DNA of 64,000 nt from Octopus sinensis (GCF_006345805.1 NC_043006.1:79484001-79548000); one strand, 5' to 3'; counted from the stretch's first letter, positions 26,760-40,286 are shown. Notes: generated by a model from the sequence alone, not told the origin. Translations and numbers: made by a program.

Positions 26760-27150
26760 TGTGATACCAGTGCCGGTGGTACGTAAGAGAACCATCCGAA
26801 CATGGCTGTTGCCAGCGCCGTCCTGACTGGCCTCGTGCCGGTGGCACGTAAAAAGCACCATCCGATTGTGGCCGTTGCCAGCCTGGCCTGGCCTGGCCCC
26901 TGTGCCGGTGGCACGTAAAAAGCACCATCCGATCATGGCCGTTTGCCAGCTTCGTCCGGCACCTGTGCCGGTGGCACGTAAAAAGCACCCACTACACTCA
27001 CGGAGTGGTTGGTGTTAGGAAGGGCATCCAGCCATAGAAACATTGCCAGATCAGACTGGGCCTGGTGCAGCCTTCTGGCTTCCCAGACCCCAGTTGAACC
27101 GTCCAACCCATGCTAGCATGGAAAGCGGATGCTAAACGAAGATGATGATA
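26760..27150 (+). repeat. Dispersed repeat family D (…aaagcacccactacactc…gcatggaaagcggacgttaaacgatgatgat) with an internal ~55-60-bp tandem subrepeat
   Basis: Many copies: 7945-8140, 15080-15380, 15985-16240, 51640-51830, 53430-53930(-), 54685-55170(-), 60575-60830(-). The (GAT)n tail suggests mobilisation by RTE. Confidence 0.7.
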
Positions 27151-28107
27151 TATATATATATATATATTTATATATAGTAGTGAAGGCGCATGGCTCAGTC
27201 ATTAGAGCGGTGAACTTACGACTGTGAGGTTGGGAGTTCGAATCCCGGACCAGGCTGCATGTTGTGTTCTTGAGCAAGACACTTTATTTCACATTGCTCC
27301 AGTTCACTCAGCTATGGAAATGAGCTGCAACGTTACAGGTGCCAAGCTGTATTGGCCTTTGCCTTTCCCTTGGATGACATCGGTGGCATGGAGAGGAGAG
27401 GCTGGTATGCATGGGCAACTGCTGGTCTTCCATAAACAACTTTGCCCAGACTTGTGCAATCTCGGGCCTGGTGCAGCCTTCTGGCTTCCCAGACCCCAGT
27501 TGAACCGTCCTACCCATGCTAGCATGGAAAGCGGATGCTAAACGAAGATGATGATATATATATATATATAGGTGCAATCCCATGGTCATTTGTGATTGAA
27601 GGGGGTCTCCGATATATATAGTTAACCAGTTGCATCAAACCAATCACTCAAGTTCCAGTCAAGATAAGTTACTTTCGAAATGTAAGATTTTTTTCAAAGA
27701 GCAAAAAAAAAAAAAATTCATTTAAATGTTGTACTGGTAAATTAAGATGAGGAAGAAAATTCCAGAAAAAAAAAGAAGAGAAAGAAACCTCCATGTTGGT
27801 TATAGGAAGTTTTTGACAACTGAGTTTTATCAAATTGAAATATTATCGTGAAAACATCACATCAAACATATGTTAGAGATATTCTTATCGCTTATATTTA
27901 GCAATTGGTATCATTTTAGCAATTGATGTTTACATATGTATGTTTATTTTTATAAGTGTGTATATGTATGTTTGTATGTATGTAGGCATGAATGGATACG
28001 TATGTATTTATGTATCAATGTGGGTATGCATATATGTATGAATTTGTGTATGCATGTATGTTTATATATTTGTATGTATATAGATTTGTGTAAGATATAT
28101 GTGTATG

Positions 28108-28147
<40 letters not shown>

Positions 28148-28357
28148 CATATATATGTGTATATATGTATGTATGATGTATATACATATACATGTGTGTG
28201 TGTTTGTGTATACATATACATACATGTACATATGTATGTATGTTTTTCTGTTAATTTTATTTCAGTGCTTTGCAAGATTCAAGCTGGTCACTAACAACCA
28301 TTGTGGGTACACATGTGTTTGTATTTATATACATGTATACATGTATGTTTATATGTT

Positions 28358-28393
<36 letters not shown>

Positions 28394-28429
28394 CATGTAT
28401 ACATATATGTATGTATTTATTTACACCTG

Positions 28430-28462
<33 letters not shown>

Positions 28463-28701
28463 ATATATTTGTATGTATGTTTTTTTTTCTTTGAGATTTT
28501 ATTTATTTAAATCCTTTGCCAGATTCAAGCAGATCACTAACAAAGCAACAAGGTTTCTTTGGTTAAACCAAAATACTTCCAGAGATTTGTGAACATTAAG
28601 TGAATTGAATGTTTATATATGTTGGTGTATGTGCGGATATGCTTACTCATGTAATGGGTGTTTACATCTCTTTAGTAAAAAAGTATGTGCGATTATTTTT
28701 T

Positions 28702-29131
28702 GGATCTTTTCAGTTTGAAATGCAGTTTTTTCTAGCGGTGTTATATGAAATTGTCACCCATAATTATGACCCTAGTATCGATCTATTGCATTTCAATCTG
28801 TTTTAGGGTTAGGGTTAGGGTTAAGGTTAGGGATGGGGGGAAGGGTATCTTTTTTTCTTCACAAATCTAAATAAACCCAATCTGTTTCTTAAACGAGGGA
28901 CATATTCATACGGCACAGAATGTTTTCACCTCAATAGACGTCATTGATCGGTTGAAATTGCAGAAATTGAAGAAAAAAAAACAACAAATATCTTACAAAC
29001 TATAAAATTTTCTCAATAAAGCCAAGAGAAAAAGATGTTTTATAAACACATTCTACCAGTGAACGAAGTTTAAAAGTGTTTAGTTACGTGGAAATTATTT
29101 AAAAAAACTGCCGTTCAAACCGAAAAGATCC
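28702..29131. mobile_element. Merlin-like MITE carrying TTAGGG repeats (copy 1 of 3)
   Basis: TIRs GGATCTTTT(C)..GTTTGAA..GCAGTTTTTT; 8-bp target-site duplication TATTTTTT on both sides. Confidence 0.8.
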
Positions 29132-29520
29132 TATTTTTTTATATGTATGTACATCCATACATATTGGTTACAAATTTTGGCACAAGATCACCAATTTACA
29201 TTGACCCCAGTGCTCAACTGGTACTTATTTTATCAACCCTGAAAGGATGAAAGGCGAAGTCAACCTCAGCAGAATTTGAACTCAGAATGCTACTAAATAT
29301 TTTGCCTTGGTGTGCTAATGTGCATCCATATACATTGAGTAATCTGATAAATTTGTTCATTCCCCCCCGCTTCCATCTATTTCAATCCTTTCTAGTACTA
29401 TTTGAAATAACATGAAAATATTTTTATTGTAGTGTTTTATGGGGTCTTTTTGTAGCTCTGTTCTTCTTCTACATTTGTTTATTTGTTCTTGAAATTTAAA
29501 TAAATTTTAACTCTTTTCAG

Positions 29521-29596
29521 ACATATGATGATGCAATATTAAGTAGGAAAAGAAAAATGGATGAATTTATCAGACAACTCTCTACAGAGAATAATT
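29521..29596 (+). other. Candidate exon of an unidentified plus-strand gene (TYDDAILSRKRKMDEFIRQLSTENN)
   Basis: Branch and pyrimidine tract ttttaactcttttcag, donor GTGAGT; 76 nt; only phase 0 is open; unique, purine-rich sequence. No protein family recognised. Confidence 0.45.
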
Positions 29597-31333
29597 GTGA
29601 GTGGTTGTTCATTTCAGAAAGCTCAAATGGAGAATCTTTGCTATGGTTTATAAATCTTCACAGGGCACTAAATAATTCGATTTAAACCTTTCGTTACTGT
29701 ATTTATTTTGAGATGCTCTGCATTTCTCTCAGTTACTTTAAATATAACAAAGAATTTAGTAAAATAACTTAGTTATCATTCAGCTAGTGTTAGGACCATA
29801 AATTGTGACTAAGGTTTGGTGGAAGATTTTAATTCAAAACTTATGAAAACAAGACATTTGTACTCAGAGCCAGAGCCAGTTTCAGCCGGGTTGGTAACAA
29901 AAGAGTTAAAAGATGCAAGTTGCTTTACTGTGTTCATTCTTGGAAAGCAACAGCATTTCTAGGCTTTCATGTAAATCAGCTGTTGAATAAATCCATAGAT
30001 TGGAGTCTATATCAGGCTACAAGAATTGTAATTCCTCATAAACAGCAAATGTAAATCTGGCTATGTTGACTAGACTACCATCAAAAAGGTGCCAGATGTC
30101 AATTCTTGGATTACCAAGTCAAGTAGCCCATCCCACTAATAAGGTCCCTGAATAAGAGTTGTTTAAGGATGATGAATGAAACACCCATGTTTCCACTGGT
30201 CAATTATTCAAAATCCTTCTCAATACATGGCTATGATGCCCTCCACTACTCCTGCTTATGATAAGAGATGCACATATTGTTAGCCACTAAGGAACATGCT
30301 CAACTGGTTAAGGTCAAGCAACTGTGAGTGTATATGTGTATGTATGTATGTATATATGTATGTGTGTGTGTGTGTTTTACATAATAATCATGTGTAAAGG
30401 CTCACCTTGACACCTCATCACCAATTTCTAGCCTTCACCCCACCATCCTCGCTTCTATAACGAAGTAGTCACATAGCTCTTTTTTCAGCAAGAAACCTGC
30501 TTGCTCCTTCACTTTTCTCTCGTTTCATTCCCACTCTCTAGTTATTATTCACTTAATATAGGGTTACTCCTTGCCACTCAAGGTTTAGAGTCTTTGCAAG
30601 CTGTATGGTCACTTCACTAGTGCTGATGGCAGCCAAAAAAAAAAAAAAAACCCAGTAAACGGGTGTAGGAGTGGCTGTGTGGTAAGTAGCTTGCTTACTA
30701 ACCACATGGTTCCGGGTTCAGTCCCACTGCGTGGCACCTTGGGCATCTTCTACTATAGCCTCAGGCCGACCAAAGCCTTGTGAGTGGATTTGGTAGACGG
30801 AAACTGAAAGAAGCCCATCGCATATATGTATATATATGTATGTGTGTGTGTATATGTTTGTGTCTGTATTTGTTCCCCCAACATCGCTTGACAACCGATG
30901 CTGGTGTGTTTACATCCCCATAACTTAGCGGTTCGCCAAAACAGACCGATTGAACAATTACTAGGCTTACAAAGAATAAGTCCTGGGGTCGATTCGTTCG
31001 ACTAAAGGCGGTGCTCCAGCATGGCCGCAGTGAAATGACCGAAACAAGTAAAGAGAGTATTGAAAGGTGGTTGGCGTTAGGAAGGACATCCAGCTGTAGC
31101 AAGCAGGAGCAGACAGCAGAGCATGATGCAGCCCTTGAGCTTCTCGGATCGGCAAACCTATGCTAGCATGGGGCATGGACGTTAAATCATTATGACGACG
31201 ATGATGAAAGACAATGAAACACTAGGGGAAAAACACTCAATACATATTGGTAGCGTGTAGCATTTATTTATTCTTTGAATAAAGGTTGTCAGTGACTTCG
31301 AAGTCCCGCTTGTAGTTAACTTTGCCATCTGAC

Positions 31334-31759
31334 GCATCTTTTCGGTTTGAATGGCAGTTTTTTCTAGCAGTGTCATATGAAATTGTCACCCATAATTATG
31401 GCCCTAGTATCGATCTATTGCATTTCAATCTGTTTTAGGGTTAGGGTTAGTTAGGGTTAGAGGTGGGGGAAGGGTATCTTTTTTTCTTCACAAATGTAAA
31501 TAAACCCAATCTGTTTCTTAAACGAGGGACATATTCATACGGCACAGAATGTTTTCACCTCAATAGACGTCATTGATTGGTTGAAATTGCAGAAATTGAA
31601 GAAAAAAAACAACAAATATCTTACAAACTATAGAATTTTCTCAATAAAGCCAAGAGGAAAAGATGTTTTATAAATACATTCTACCAGTATACGAAGTTTA
31701 AAAGTGTTTAGTTATGTGGAAATTATTTTAAAAAACTGCCGTTCAAACCGAAAAGATCC
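31334..31759. mobile_element. Merlin-like MITE carrying TTAGGG repeats (copy 2)
   Basis: Same TIRs; 8-bp target-site duplication CATCTGAC. Confidence 0.8.
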
Positions 31760-32400
31760 CATCTGACTTGACACACGTTAGCAACAACGTCAATGAACAA
31801 ATTTAAGGAGAAAAAAAAAAAGAGAGAAGACAAACAAGAAACTCCATTATAGACACGATTACGATCTCTCTACGGGGTCTGTTGACCAGCTAGAAATAGC
31901 TGCCAAATCGTCCTTAAATTACACGCTAGTGTTTTTAAAGATATGTGAGACATATTTCATAACGTTGTCTGAATATAAGATGAAACGGTCGTGGCTGGAA
32001 CGTCTTTGATTATAGTCTGGTAGATCGTTATTGACCTACTACTAAGGCTAAAAACAGCTAAATACCAAAACACATGTATCTGGGCGAGTGTATATGTACG
32101 CGCGCATTCACACACTCGATATCAAGAGCAAAAGTCCACAACCGCAATCATAATTACAATATAGTCTGTCATTGCCGCCTACGCACAATAACATCTGATC
32201 GGCTGCAAGTGATGGGACGGGATGTCATTAATAGCAAACAGAAGTGCTGAAACAATGGCCAGACAAGCAGGCCACGACATAAACGAAGAGCGGAGGGGAA
32301 TGATGGATGGATGCGAAACGGGATAGCAACTGATCTCAGATCTCCGATAACCTTCAGGGCCAGAGAACACAACGCCATAGAAAATGCCGATACACACACA

Positions 32401-32566
32401 CAGGTCCGTATTAGCAGCATTATAGGACCTTACCCCGGACAAATTAATACATTGGGTCCCGTAGTGTTGTTTATTTATTGACAGCAAGTCACACCATACA
32501 TAGATTAGAAATGGGCCCTAAAATTTTGAAGCCCCTGCGCTGCCCCGATACCTTAAGACGGCCCTG
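32401..32566. mobile_element. Small hAT-like MITE
   Basis: Imperfect TIRs CAGGTCCGTATTAG and CTTAAGACGGCCCTG; no clear target-site duplication. Confidence 0.5.
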
Positions 32567-32667
32567 TATTATGTACGTACGCATGCATTCGTGTGTGTGT
32601 GTGCGCGCGTGTATTTGTGTGTGTTGAGAAAGAGAATGAGATCGTCGCAAAAACCAGGACACTTAGT

Positions 32668-32983
32668 CTACTGGACGGGTCCAAGAATTTTCCCTTGCAT
32701 GGTATAAGCATGCACACATTCATATATTGAAAGTGAGGATGTAGTAAAAAAAAAAAAAAGACCAGTTATAGTAGGGGAAAGACGTCAAAGGAAGACAAAG
32801 ACTTCTGGACGCCTTCAAGAATTTCCCCTTGCATGATATACGGAAACACGTACACTCTATAAACATACGCATAATGTATAGAGAGATAAGGAAGGACAGA
32901 CAAAATAAGGAGTAAAAACGGGGTTATAGTGGAAGAGAGACAAAGAAAAACTTCTGGATGTCTTCAAGAATTTCCCCTTGCAT
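32668..32983. repeat. Three spaced copies of a 33-nt core (CTTCTGGAYGYCTTCAAGAATTTCCCCTTGCAT)
   Basis: Cores at 32668-32700, 32802-32834 and 32951-32983; periods 134 and 149; flanks only weakly similar. Confidence 0.85.
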
Positions 32984-33474
32984 CTATACTGACGTACATT
33001 CCTGTACGGGGTTGGGGGAAGAAGAAAAATGAGGCGATAGTGGAAGAAAGACGTAGATGTACTATCTTTCCGTCTGTCCCACGCACGAGTCCTTACAGAG
33101 AGAATGGGAAAGGGAAAAGGCAAGAATTAGGCAAGGAAATACAAGAGAGAAAGAAGAGAAAGAATGCCATTGAGATTCTCTCTCTCTTTCTCTCTCTTGG
33201 TTTCTGGACAATTTGATAGTGAAATTAGTGCTAAAGATAATGTATATGTATATATTCGAGTGTACGTATGTGTTTAACGATACGCACGCGCGAGTGTCTA
33301 CGTGAAACAAAGAATTCGTTGGGAAGAATTTTGAGACAGGGCGCGTGTATGTGTATAAGTAAAGAATTATACTTGTTGGTTGTATGTGTGCATGTGAATG
33401 TCTATGGAGGGTACTAGAGTGTCTATGTTAGCATGAAACGAATTGTATTTAGTTCCAAAAGAATTTTGAGTTAC

Positions 33475-33511
<37 letters not shown>

Positions 33512-34629
33512 GGGAACTAATGTGTAATCACAGAGAGGCATCTACCCTAAAAGAAAAACTGAGATACAGTGACAAACGGGGAAAGTGAAAGACAGAAAGA
33601 AAGACAAGAGGAAGAGAGAAAAAAGAGACAGAAAGATTATGATATAATCACACATACATGCTTACACACTTGACAAAAAGAAAAATGAAAAAGTGAAATA
33701 TAGAGAAATAAAAAGAAAGACAGAGATAGACAATGGAAGAAAAAGAAAGAAAGTTATCATTGTGATGGTGGGGAGATATCTGTACTGGCTAATTAGATTT
33801 ATATGCTACTTGCCAGCGAACGAGGCGATTTCCGTTGGCCATGTGTTAGGTTTATTGTGGTATTTAAATGTCATCCGTCATAGTTAACTTTTCTTTCTCT
33901 CCTCTTTCCCGCTCGTTCTCTCTCCCCCGTTTGTTTGTTTTTTTTTCTCCTTAGCATTCAGTTCATTCCATTATTAATTTCGTTTTGTGCAGCACCGCTA
34001 ACATTGCTATAAGAATCATTATTATTGTTATTATTATTATCATCACTCTAACATTCTCGTTTCAATCCGTCCTCGACTCTTTCGTTCTGAGTCTCTCTTT
34101 TTCTTCGCTGTTTGTCACTGTTTATCTGCAGATAACAAACCACTTCATTCAAAATTTACCAGCTCACCTGCTTCCATTCATATTTCTCTAAGTACCCGAG
34201 TAACATCGCTTTATAATTCTATCCACACCTACCCTCTCAGTCATATGTGTGTGTGTGTGTGTGTAAAAGGTTCTATCCAATTAAAACCTGTTGAAATTTG
34301 TTTTCTTTTTCATGGGTGGTGGGGTAAAAATTATAACTAATGGTGGGATTCATTAATGTATAATCATTTAAAGAAGAGCTCCTGTAAAGCAATAACCATA
34401 TTTCAAAATACTAATTTTCTATATCATGAATGCATCCATCGAACCGAGCAAAGAACATATCTGCCACATATTTGTGCTTCATGAGTTTCTGTGAAGTGTT
34501 CGTGCAAGCAAAGCAGTGAATAAAGGAACTTGTGGAAGGTCGGTTGAAAAATTCATATGTGCAGCATTGGATTAACCATTAAGCAAAATAAGTACATGTT
34601 TAGGGTATCAAGAGAAGGAAGGCACCACA

Positions 34630-34880
34630 ACAATATCGGTTCCCACCACAAGGACTGGGCCTTGTGGTATCGTGGTTTGAGTGCCTCAGTGACCCTCACA
34701 GCTATGCCAGTAGAGTGCAAGCTCCTTGTAGAGTCCTCCCATGCTGGACAAGTCAAAGGACAGAGGTCAGACCAATATGGACAACCTTTTCCCAGAAATA
34801 AGAATGTCAACATCCCTACCTAGAAAAAAGCAATGTTACAGAAGAACCATTGATGACAATTCAGAACCAACAAGACCTGG
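34630..34880 (+). mobile_element. Probable RTE 5' UTR fragment
   Basis: ggtttgagtgcctcagtgaccct...agctatgcc...cccatgctggacaagtcaaagg resembles RTE leaders (recalled pattern, not aligned). Confidence 0.4.
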
Positions 34881-36260
34881 GAGATGGGGGGGGGGGCTTC
34901 TTTCAGGGTAACATGACACAGTGCAGCAAAATCTGAAAGGAAGATACTGAAGCAAAGCTGATATTCTATTCTGCTCTAGATATTAGACAGGCGCAGGCAT
35001 GGCAGTGTGGTAAGATGCTTGCTTTCCAACCACATGGTTCTGGGTTCCGTCATAATGCATGGCACCTTGGGTAAGTGTCTTCTACTATAACTTTAGGCCA
35101 ACCAAAGCCTTGTGAGTGGATTTGGTAGATGGAAACTTAAAGAAGCCTGTCGTGTGTGTGTGTGTCTTTGTGTCTGTGTTTGTCCCCCCCATCACCACTT
35201 GACAATTTGTACTGGTGTGTTTACGTCCCTCTAACTTAGCAGTTTGACAAAAGAGACCAATAGAATAAGCACTAGGCTTAAGATAAAAGTCCTCAGGTCG
35301 ATTTGTCCAACTTAAAGCCCTTCAAGGCTGTGCTCTAGCATGGCCACAGTCAAATGACTGAAACAGGTGAAAGAATAAAAGAGTAAAATAAAAGAAGGAC
35401 AGAGCAATCTGATTGCTAAAGGATTAATGAACTGCTGGAAGAGGTTTCATTAATCAAGAATTCCCTGGAATCGTTCAGTTGTTATAGTCACAGGGCATGG
35501 CTGTGTGGTTAAGAAGCTTGTTTTGCAACCATGTGGTTTTTGAGTTCAATCCCACCTAAGGCAGGTGTCTTCCTCAATAGCCCAAGGCCAAGCAATGCTT
35601 TGTGAGTGAATTTGGTAGACAGAAACTGTGTGGATGCCTGTTGTGTGTGTAAATATATATGCTTTATTTAAAAGCATATATTTAAATAAAGTATATTACT
35701 CTATCTCTGGCATTTGAGTACTCTTTTTTACCACCTTGTTTCACATTTATGTGCTTACTCTAGTATATATATATATATAGATATATATAATCAAAATAAG
35801 CAACAAGGATATCCAGAGGTAATGCAGTACGATCGTTTCATGCAACTCCATTTAATTGAACAATGCAAACATTACATCAATTTAAAATGTAGAGCAATCT
35901 TCAGCTGCATAAAAACATAGAATTTAGTTAAATTCAAAGGAATCATTTGCATAATTTTACCCAAAATCACCAAGAAGATAAGGAGATAGACAAAGAACAT
36001 GTTTTACCAACAATATCACAGTTCTAACTGAGATTTTTTCAAAAAAGACACTGCCTCATCATTGATTATTTCTGTTATTTAGATTTACTTATGGGGGGGG
36101 GGGGGTCAGTTTTAATTTATAGGCTAGTTTATCAAATCTGAGAGAAGACAGAGTGTAGTATCATTATAATCACCCCATTTAAAATTATATGGATAATACC
36201 ATACTAAATTCTGGTGCCTTGAACTTAAGTACCATATTCATCTGAATCTAAATTTTACTG

Positions 36261-36292
<32 letters not shown>

Positions 36293-37563
36293 CGAGGGGC
36301 GTTCAATAAGTAATGCCCCTGACCCACTTCCCATAGCAGTAGAGCAACGAAACTTGGCACAGTTATTAGTCTTTTTCTACATAGGAACCACCCAGAGTTA
36401 CGCATTTCTCCCATCGTTTGATGCAGCTCTGAAGACCGTTTTTGTAGAAGACCCCAGCTTGGTCCTCCAACCACGACGTGACTTCAGAAATCAAGGCTGC
36501 ATCATCTGGGAAACGCTTTCCTTTCAAAAACAACTTTATGGCTGGGAAGAGGTGAAAATCAGAGGGTGCAGGTCAGGAGATGGGGGATGAGTTCATAGCC
36601 GCACGCCTGTGCTTCTGATCTGGCGACACGTGAGTTGTGGATCGGAGCGTTGTCCTGCAGGAGGAGGATGCCTTTGCTGATCTTGCCCCGCCTCTTGATT
36701 TTGATAGCTTCTCTTAATTTCCTCAAAAGTGAAGCATAATAGACTCTTGTAATTGTGGCACCCTTTGCCAAGAAATCTGTCATCACTACTCACAGAAGAC
36801 TGTAAGCATGACCTTGCCAGCGGAGGGCTGCACCCTTGCCTTCTTTGGAGGAGGTGAGTCACGGTGCTTCCACTGCATTGACTGGGCTTTGGTCTCTGGA
36901 TCATAGTGATAGACCCAGGTTTCATCCTGTGTAATCAGTCTTTTGAAAAATTTTGACTCATCTTCTTGGCACATCTTCAAATTCATCCTCGCGCTATCGA
37001 CACGTTCTTGCTTCTGGAAAGGTGTGAGCAGCCTGAGAATCCATCTGGCAGACACCTTTTGCATATGCAAATGGTCATGAATGATAGTTTCCACAGACCC
37101 GGTACTAATCTTGACCTCATGGGCTACTTGGCGAATAGTTATGCGTCGATCTTCCAAAATGGCAGCCTCAACTTGACGGACAGATGCCTCATCAATGGCA
37201 GAAGGGGGGGACCATATCTGGGAGCTGTTTCCACAAAGTTCCGACCATGTTTGAATTCACGATGCCAGCGTTTTACAAGGTCATATGATGGGGCATCATC
37301 ACTATAAGTTACTTTTATTTCATCAAAAGTCTCCCGTGGTGTGCGTCCTTTCAATTACAAAAACCGGATCACTGCTCGACACTCAACAGGCTCCGTTTCA
37401 CACTTGACTCAGTTCAAACACCTGTAAATCAGAAACCACAATTAGTTCAGAGCTGTAATTTGCCACTTAATCTATAGAGATATAGGTAATTGCACAAGCA
37501 AAATTTCAGCTAGATCAAGCAACTGCAAGTGGGTGAGAGGCATTACTTATTGAACGCCCCTCG
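36293..37563 (-). mobile_element. Full-length decayed mariner (Tc1/mariner) transposon, ~1.27 kb
   Basis: Inverted termini CGAGGGGCGTTCAATAAGTAATGCC at both ends, TA on both flanks. Transposase pieces include HTH region, WILRLL, ITQDETW, LLQDNAP and a broken SPDLxPSDFHLF. Start codon is mutated (ACG), with an early TAA, frameshifts and small deletions. Confidence 0.95.
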
Positions 37564-37924
37564 TATATATGTTTGTAGGTATGTATTTGTTCCCTCCCCC
37601 ACCGTTTGACAACTGGTGTTGGTTTGTTTATATCCCCAATAACTTAGCAGTTCAGCAAAAGACACCAATAGAATAAGTACCAGGCTTAAGAAATACTTTA
37701 GGGTGGTGCCCCAGCATGGCCGCAGTCCAATGACTGAAGCAACTGAAAGACAGAAGGAAATTTGCTGCACTCTTCATATTCTACAGATCTTGCTCCATCA
37801 GACTGTCTCTTAATTAGATCTTTGCAGGAAATATATATATGGCCAGAAGGGGAAAACAGAAAACTAATTACACATATAACTGTACGTGTGTGTGTGTGTG
37901 TGTGTGTAAATGTGTGTGTGTGTA

Positions 37925-37956
<32 letters not shown>

Positions 37957-37974
37957 CGCGTCTGTGAATAGACA

Positions 37975-38425
<451 letters not shown>

Positions 38426-39165
38426 AGGTATTGATATAGGTACAGGTACAGCTGTGTGATAAGTTTGCAGGAGTTATTCTTTGTAAGCCTAGTACTTATT
38501 CTATCTGTCTCTTTTGCCGAACCGCTAAGTTACGGGGACGTAAACACACCAGCATCGGTTGTCAAGCGATGTTGGGTGGGGAGCACAAACATAGACACAC
38601 AAACACACACACATATATATACATATATATGACGGGCTTCTTTCAGTTTCCGTCTACCAAATCCACTCACAAGGCTTTGGTCAGCCTGAGACTATAGTAG
38701 AAGACACTTGCCCAAGGTGCCATGCAGTGGGACTGAACCCGGAACTATGTGGTTGGTAAGCAAGCTGCTTACCACTCAGCCACTCCTGCGCCTAACTGAA
38801 GATAATAAAATGCAAAGTTGATCTTGGCAGAATTAGAATTTAGGATATAGAGCAGTGGTTCTCAGCCAGGGGCCATATGGCCCTTAGAGCTTTCATATGA
38901 GCCTTGGGGGTCCATGTAAGATTTTGTTGTAAAAGTTTGTCTGCAGTAAATTGCTTATACTTCCACAATATGTAAAATATTTTCACAATTTTTTTTATAC
39001 AATCCCTAATATAAATCCCTAATATAATCCCTAATATTTGATTATAAAAATGACATGATTTTTTAAAAAGCATAGAATGGCTGGGAGGGTTCATCCAAGT
39101 AAGTAGGAATCAAAAGGGTCCATAGGTGAAAAAAAAAAATGGTTGAGAAGCACTGTTGTAGAGAA

Positions 39166-40286
39166 AAGAAATATTATTACAAAGTATTTGATGTTATTCT
39201 GTACCACAGAATATATCTATATATTTCAGCCATTACTATATGTAATAGACTCTTGTAAACATCTTATCCGTGCATACAATATCTTTGGATAGTTAGAGGA
39301 TACTCAGTTGCTAATGAAATCTCAATAAGAATTAGAACTTAGTATGTAGAGATAAAAGATATTATTATTAAGTATTAGGCACTATTGTGTATTACAGTGC
39401 CATTATGACAGATGTAAAAACCTTATTTTTGTATACAATATCTTTGGATAATGAAAGAGGGTAGTTGTAGATGAAATCCCAACACTGAAACTAGTTCAGC
39501 TAATTTTTCTTTTTCTTTCAAGAAATATTATTATAAAGTATTTGATGTTATTCTGTACCACAGAATATATCTATAGATTTTAGCCATTACTATATGTAAT
39601 AGACTCTTGTAAACATCTTGTCTGTGCATACAATATCTTTGGATAGTTAAAGAGGATACCCAATTGCTAATGAAATCTCAATAAGAATTAGGACTTAGGA
39701 TGTAGAGATAAAAAATATTATTATAAAGTATTAGGCACTATTGTATACTACAGAATATATCTGTAGATTTTTGTAAATACCATATGACAGGTGTAAAAAC
39801 CTTATTTTTGTATATAATATCTTTGGATAGTGAAAGAGGGTACTCAGTTGTTGATGAAATTCCAGTAATGAAACTAGTCCAGCTAATTTTTCTTTTTCTT
39901 TCAAGAAATATTATGATAAAGTATTTGATGTTATTCTGTACCACAGAATATATCTATAGATTTTAGCCATTACTATATGTAATAGACTCTTGTAAACATC
40001 TTGTCTGTGCATACAATATCTTTGGATAGTTAAAGAGGATACTCAGTTGTTAATGAAATCTCAATAAGAATTAAGGCTTAGGATGTAGAGATAAAAAATA
40101 TTATTATAAAGTATTAGGCACTATTGTGTGCTACAGAATGTATCTGTGGATTTTTGTAAATACCATATGACAGGTGTAAAAACCTTATTTTTGTATATAA
40201 TATCTTTGGATAGTGAAAGAGGGTACTCAGTTGTTGATGAAATTCCAGTAATGAAACTAGTCCAGCTAATTTTTCTTTTTCTTTCA
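39166..40286. repeat. Higher-order tandem repeat: 3 units (354, 383, ~383 bp), each a dimer of two related ~190-bp monomers
   Basis: Units start at 39166, 39520 and 39903; the second monomer of unit 2 starts near 39710. Both monomers share aatattat.ataaagtatt and aatatctttggatagt.aaagagg.tactcagttg. Confidence 0.9.

Noticed and set aside
28803-28832. Telomere or chromosome-fusion site
   Set aside because: The short TTAGGG tracts are internal to MITEs with intact target-site duplications.
32668-32983. CRISPR-like repeat-spacer array
   Set aside because: Eukaryotic context, no cas genes, only three degenerate cores, and 100-115-nt spacers that are weakly similar to each other.
33785-33825. 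miRNA-like hairpin (ctggc…gccag)
   Set aside because: Only about 10 bp with a bulge and a mismatch, too short for a pre-miRNA.
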